The position numbers and the translations under genes are program-made. 64,000 nucleotides of DNA, from the NCBI GenBank assembly GCA_964057225.1, contig OZ059896.1:3658001-3722000 (forward strand). Direction: 5' to 3'. Shown here piece after piece: positions 59,123 to 64,000 of the stretch. How positions within the stretch are numbered: position 1 is the stretch's first letter; each line of letters opens with the position of its first letter. The stretch is from Auanema rhodensis. Taxonomy: Eukaryota > Animalia > Nematoda. A model generated the notes under the pieces. It ran no database searches. It had not been told where the DNA came from and was given only the letters and a program-made list of their open reading frames with translations.

Positions 59123-59663
59123 GTCAAGGTTTATTGTTCTTTATCACAGGTTATAACAATAGCAGTTTTGAAAGAAGAAAGTGAATAAAAAAAGTTCCTT
59201 ACAATATGAACATGATTATATAAATTGATTGACATGAAAACATTAATTGTATAGAGATAAGAATAATTATTGAATCAATTATGTCAGTTGAAAATATATA
59301 TTCTAAACAAGTAAATCTATGTGTCATAGTTGTCAACCCATCCTTGACAAACAAGGGATTTGTTCAGTTCAAAAAATATGACCTGACCTCATTTTTACTT
59401 TTACCAGGTGCGGTGGAACTTAGAAAAAAAGTGGAGCCCGTTCTGGTAATCAGAGGTAACTATCACCAGATTCGTATGGCTAATGCCTATAGAGTCCATG
59501 GTGAAGTAACATTGTAGCAAAGGGAACAAGGATGTGGTTGAAAACAGTAAATGATACATGAAGAACATAGTTTGCATAGATATTTGTAGAAGACATATTG
59601 AAATAATAATTAGAGAACAAGATACCATAAGCAGACAAAAAACATTAATACTGAATGTGCAAG
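59123..59663 (-). other. LINE 3' UTR (~540 nt) with structured core
   Basis: Lies between the RT stop codon and the 3' junction; contains several inverted repeats at 59132-59161 and 59330-59544. Confidence 0.75.
59130..59135 (-). promoter_or_regulatory. Polyadenylation-signal-like AATAAA at the LINE 3' end
   Basis: Plus-strand TTTATT; on the minus strand AATAAA is followed by CCTTGAC and then the TSD. Confidence 0.6.
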
Positions 59664-60134
59664 CTAATCGCTAAGGAAAAGTTGAAGATGTTTGCGAAAT
59701 TTGGGAGCTTTTTCAAGACTCACAATGTTTGATGGTATTGAATTCCAGAGTTCTATGGCTCTGTACTCGATACCTCTTCTAGTTTGAGTCTTCTGGACAT
59801 TTGGAAAATCCACAGTCCATTCGTGCCGCCTTAGTGAGTGTGTGAATTTTTTGAGCTTAAAAAATTTCAAAGTATTCTCTGAAATTGATTGTTTTATTTG
59901 GTTAAAATAAAAAATTAAATCGAAAACTAGTCTTCTGAAAAATAACTTTTGCCCCCCTAACAAAGACAGTTGATCTTCATAGCTCATTTTAGATCCTGAG
60001 CGCATGAAAACTGCGCGCAGAAACTTTTTTTGAACATATTCAATCCGGTCTTTGTCTTTGGAATCTTGTGGGGACCAGATAATAGAAGCATATTCCAATA
60101 TTGGTCTTATGTAAGTACAGAATAAGTTGTACAT
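59664..60134 (-). CDS. C-terminal fragment of LINE ORF2 reverse transcriptase (thumb and post-RT region); truncated, not a complete gene
   Basis: LFCTYIRPILEYASIIWSP...IEYVQKKFLR and LRRH...RAIELWNSIP..IV.....FRKHL match the L-Y-x-x-x-VRP-x-LEY-x-S-x-x-WSP / E-x-VQRR / WN-x-LP motifs of CR1/L2/T1-type ORF2p. The frame stays open upstream of the Met to the junction (60206: IKKNLKAKKCKIILRCFYSKSPSL-M). The YADD catalytic core and endonuclease are absent. Stop TAG at 59664-59666. Confidence 0.88.
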   Translation of the reverse strand: MYNLFCTYIRPILEYASIIWSPQDSKDKDRIEYVQKKFLRAVFMRSGSKMSYEDQLSLLGGQKLFFRRLVFDLIFYFNQIKQSISENTLKFFKLKKFTHSLRRHEWTVDFPNVQKTQTRRGIEYRAIELWNSIPSNIVSLEKAPKFRKHLQLFLSD

Positions 60135-60208
60135 AAGAGAAGGGGATTTAGAGTAGAAACAACGTAAAATTATTTTACATTTTTTTGCTTTTAAATTTTT
60201 TTTTATTT

Positions 60209-60215
60209 TAAATTA
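60209..60215 (+). repeat. Target-site duplication, right copy (TAAATTA)
   Basis: Satellite match begins at 60209; base 60208 is T where the satellite has A. Confidence 0.85.
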
Positions 60216-63200
60216 AAGTTCACGTAAATTTCAAAGTCATGGTTACCATGCACCAATATCAATAAAAATTGGTTTTTAGACTAATATGGACATGGGGAAT
60301 CTAATTTTGAAAACCGCATCTCTTTATCTTTCACGTGAAGCGAGTTACATACCAAGTGCACATCACGTGTACATTTAATTAGCATAAATTAAAGTTCACG
60401 TAAATTTCAAAGTCATGGTTACCATGCACCAATATCAATAAAAATTTGTTTTTAGACTAATTTGGACATGGGGAATCTAATTTTGAAAACCGCATCTCTT
60501 TATCTTTCAAGTGAAGCGAGTTACATACCAAGTGCACATCACGTGTACATTTAATTAGCATAAATTAAAGTTCACGTAAATTTCAAAGTCATGGTTACCA
60601 TGCACCAATATCAATAAAAATTTGTTTTTAGACTAATTTGGACATGGGGAATCTAATTTTGAAAACCGCATCTCTTTATCTTTCACGTGAAGCGAGTTAC
60701 ATACCAAGTGCACATCACGTGTACATTTAATTAGCATAAATTAAAGTTCACGTAAATTTCAAAGTCATGGTTACCATGCACCAATATCAATAAAAATTTG
60801 TTTTTAGACTAATTTGGACATGGGGAATCTAATTTTGAAAACCGCATCTCTTTATCTTTCAAGTGAAGCGAGTTACATACCAAGTGCACATCACGTGTAC
60901 ATTTAATTAGCATAAATTAAAGTTCACGTAAATTTCAAAGTCATGGTTACCATGCACCAATATCAATAAAAATTTGTTTTTAGACTAATATGGACACGGG
61001 GAATCTAATTTTGAAAATCGCATCTCTTTATCTTTCACGTGAAGCGAGTTACATACCAAGTGCACATCACGTGTACATTTAATTAGCATAAATTAAAGTT
61101 CACGTAAATTTCAAACACATGGTTACCATGAACCAAAATCAATAAAAATTTGTTTTTAGACTAATATGGACATGGGGAATCTAATTTCGAAAACCGCATC
61201 TCTTTATCTTTCACGTGAAGCGAGTTACATACCAAGTGCACATCACGTGTACATTTAATTAGCATAAATTAAAGTTCACGTAAATTTCAAAGTCATGGTT
61301 ACCATGAACCAATATCAATAAAAATTTGTTTTTAGACTAATTTGGACATGGGGAATCTAATTTTGAAAACCGCATCTCTTTATCTTTCAAGTGAAGCGAG
61401 TTACATACCAAGTGCACATCACGTGTACATTTAATTAGCATAAATTAAAGTTCACGTAAATTTCAAAGTCATGGTTACCATGAACCAATATCAATAAAAA
61501 TTTGTTTTTAAACTAATATGGACATGGGGAATCTAATTTTGAAAACCGCATCTCTTTATCTTTCACGTGAAGCGAGTTACATACCAAGTGCACATCACGT
61601 GTACTTTTAATTAGCATAAATTAAAGTTCACGTAAATTTCAAAGTCATGGTTACCATGCACCAATATCAATAAAAATTTGTTTTTAGACTAATTTGGACA
61701 TGGGGAATCTAATTTTGAAAACCGCATCTCTTTATCTTTCACGTGAAGCGAGTTACATACCAAGTGCACATCACGTGTACATTTAATTAGCATAAATTAA
61801 AGTTCACGTAAATTTCAAAGTCATGGTTACCATGAACCAATATCAATAAAAATTTGTTTTTAAACTAATATGGACATGGGGAATCTAATTTTGAAAACCG
61901 CATCTCTTTATCTTTCACGTGAAGCGAGTTACATACCAAGTGCACATCACGTGTACTTTTAATTAGCATAAATTAAAGTTCACGTAAATTTCAAAGTCAT
62001 GGTTACCATGCACCAATATCAATAAAAATTTGTTTTTAGACTAATTTGGACATGGGGAATCTAATTTTGAAAACCGCATCTCTTTATCTTTCACGTGAAG
62101 CGAGTTACATACCAAGTGCACATCACGTGTACATTTAATTAGCATAAATTAAAGTTCACGTAAATTTCAAAGTCATGGTTACCATGCACCAATATCAATA
62201 AAAATTTGTTTTTAGACTAATTTGGACATGGGGAATCTAATTTTGAAAACCGCATCTCTTTATCTTTCAAGTGAAGCGAGTTACATACCAAGTGCACATC
62301 ACGTGTACATTTAATTAGCATAAATTAAAGTTCACGTAAATTTCAAAGTCATGGTTACCATGCACCAATATCAATAAAAATTTGTTTTTAGACTAATATG
62401 GACACGGGGAATCTAATTTTGAAAATCGCATCTCTTTATCTTTCACGTGAAGCGAGTTACATACCAAGTGCACATCACGTGTACATTTAATTAGCATAAA
62501 TTAAAGTTCACGTAAATTTCAAAGTCATGGTTACCATGAACCAAAATCAATAAAAATTTGTTTTTAGACTAATATGGACATGGGGAATCTAATTTCGAAA
62601 ACCGCATCTCTTTATCTTTCACGTGAAGCGAGTTACATACCAAGTGCACATCACGTGTACATTTAATTAGCATAAATTAAAGTTCACGTAAATTTCAAAG
62701 TCATGGTTACCATGAACCAATATCAATAAAAATTTGTTTTTAGACTAATTTGGACATGGGGAATCTAATTTTGAAAACCGCATCTCTTTATCTTTCAAGT
62801 GAAGCGAGTTACATACCAAGTGCACATCACGTGTACATTTAATTAGCATAAATTAAAGTTCACGTAAATTTCAAAGTCATGGTTACCATGAACCAATATC
62901 AATAAAAATTTGTTTTTAAACTAATATGGACATGGGGAATCTAATTTTGAAAACCGCATCTCTTTATCTTTCACGTGAAGCGAGTTACATACCAAGTGCA
63001 CATCACGTGTACATTTAATTAGCATAAATTAAAGTTCACGTAAATTTCAAAGTCATGGTTACCATGCACCAATATCAATAAAAATTTGTTTTTAGACTAA
63101 TTTGGACATGGGGAATCTAATTTTGAAAACCGCATCTCTTTATCTTTCAAGTGAAGCGAGTTACATACCAAGTGCACATCACGTGTACATTTAATTAGCA

Positions 63201-64000
63201 TAAATTAAAGTTCACGTAAATTTCAAAGTCATGGTTACCATGCACCAATATCAATAAAAATTTGTTTTTAGACTAATATGGACATGGGGAATCTAATTTC
63301 GAAAATCGCATCTCTTTATCTTTCACGTGAAGCGAGTTACATACCAAGTGCACATCACGTGTACATTTAATTAGCATAAATTAAAGTTCACGTAAATTTC
63401 AAAGTCATGGTTACCATGAACCAATATCAATAAAAATTTGTTTTTAAACTAATATGGACATCGGGAATCTAATTTTGGAAACCGCATTTCTTTATCTCTC
63501 ACGTGAAGCGAGTTACATACCAAGTGCACATCACGTGTACACTTAATTAGCATAAATTAAAGTTCACGTAAATTTCAAAGTCATGGTTACCATGCACCAA
63601 TATCAATACAAATTTGTTTTTAGACTAATTTGGACATGGGGAATCTAATTTTGAAAACCGCATCTCTTTATCTTTCAAGTGAAGCGAGTTACATACCAAG
63701 TGCACATCAGGTGTACATTTAATTAGCATAAATTAAAGTTCACGTAAATTTCAAAGTCATGGTTACCATGAACCAATATCAATAAAAATTTGTTTTTAAA
63801 CTAATATGGACATGGGGAATCTAATTTTGAAAACCGCATCTCTTTATCTTTCACGTGAAGCGAGTTACATACCTAGTGCACATCACGTGTACATTTAATT
63901 AGCATAAATTAAAGTTCACGTAAATTTCAAAGTCATGGTTACCATGAACCAATATCAATAAAAATTTGTTTTTAAACTAATATGGACATGGGGAATCTAA
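60209..64000 (+). repeat. 176-bp tandem satellite array, right arm (~21.5 monomers, same family and orientation)
   Basis: Resumes at TAAATTAAAGTTCACG (60209) in register with the interrupted monomer and continues to the window end. Confidence 0.99.

Larger units (their letters stand above)
59123..60208 (-). mobile_element. 5'-truncated non-LTR retrotransposon (LINE), CR1/L2-group-like, 1086 bp
   Basis: Only non-satellite sequence in the window. Flanked by direct repeat TAAATTA (59116-59122 and 60209-60215). Encodes an RT C-terminal region open up to the 5' junction, then a ~540-nt 3' UTR ending AATAAA-CCTTGAC. Clade assignment rests on motif recognition, not a search. Confidence 0.9.

Noticed and set aside
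59386-59457. Hammerhead-ribozyme-like CUGA next to a stem on the minus strand
   Set aside because: Core reads CUGAUUA and UAAA rather than CUGANGA and GAAA; catalytic residues are missing.
59281-59517. 78-aa plus-strand ORF
   Set aside because: Antisense within the LINE 3' UTR, no recognisable motif; probably chance.
59401-59628. 75-aa hydrophobic minus-strand ORF downstream of RT
   Set aside because: Hydrophobicity follows from the T-rich UTR and there is no known domain. Reconsider only if conserved across family members.
60171-60208. T-rich tract resembling a poly(A) tail
   Set aside because: It lies at the element's 5' (truncated) end and reads in frame as Lys-rich RT sequence, possibly with a few untemplated bases; the true 3' end is at 59123.
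1-64000. CRISPR array
   Set aside because: No unique spacers and no cas genes; the whole 176-bp unit is repeated.

Overview
Eukaryotic, most likely animal, heterochromatin or centromere-type DNA. About 98% of the window is one head-to-tail array of a 176-bp AT-rich satellite (~32% GC, ~357 monomers: ~336 in 1-59122 and ~21.5 in 60209-64000). The array is highly homogeneous, has a single orientation and runs off both window ends. It is layered into variant domains, carries a recurring 5-6-monomer higher-order unit from ~20.4 to 59 kb, and contains several recent multi-monomer duplications (offsets of 28/30, 37, 19, 8, 7, 5 and 2 monomers), some with identifiable chimeric junction monomers. The only non-satellite DNA is a 1086-bp minus-strand insertion (59123-60208): a 5'-truncated non-LTR retrotransposon (CR1/L2-like reverse transcriptase C-terminus) with a TAAATTA target-site duplication, no poly(A) tail and a ~540-nt 3' UTR containing a nested set of inverted repeats. 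No host genes, tRNA/rRNA or CRISPR are seen. Species and centromere function cannot be established from the sequence alone.
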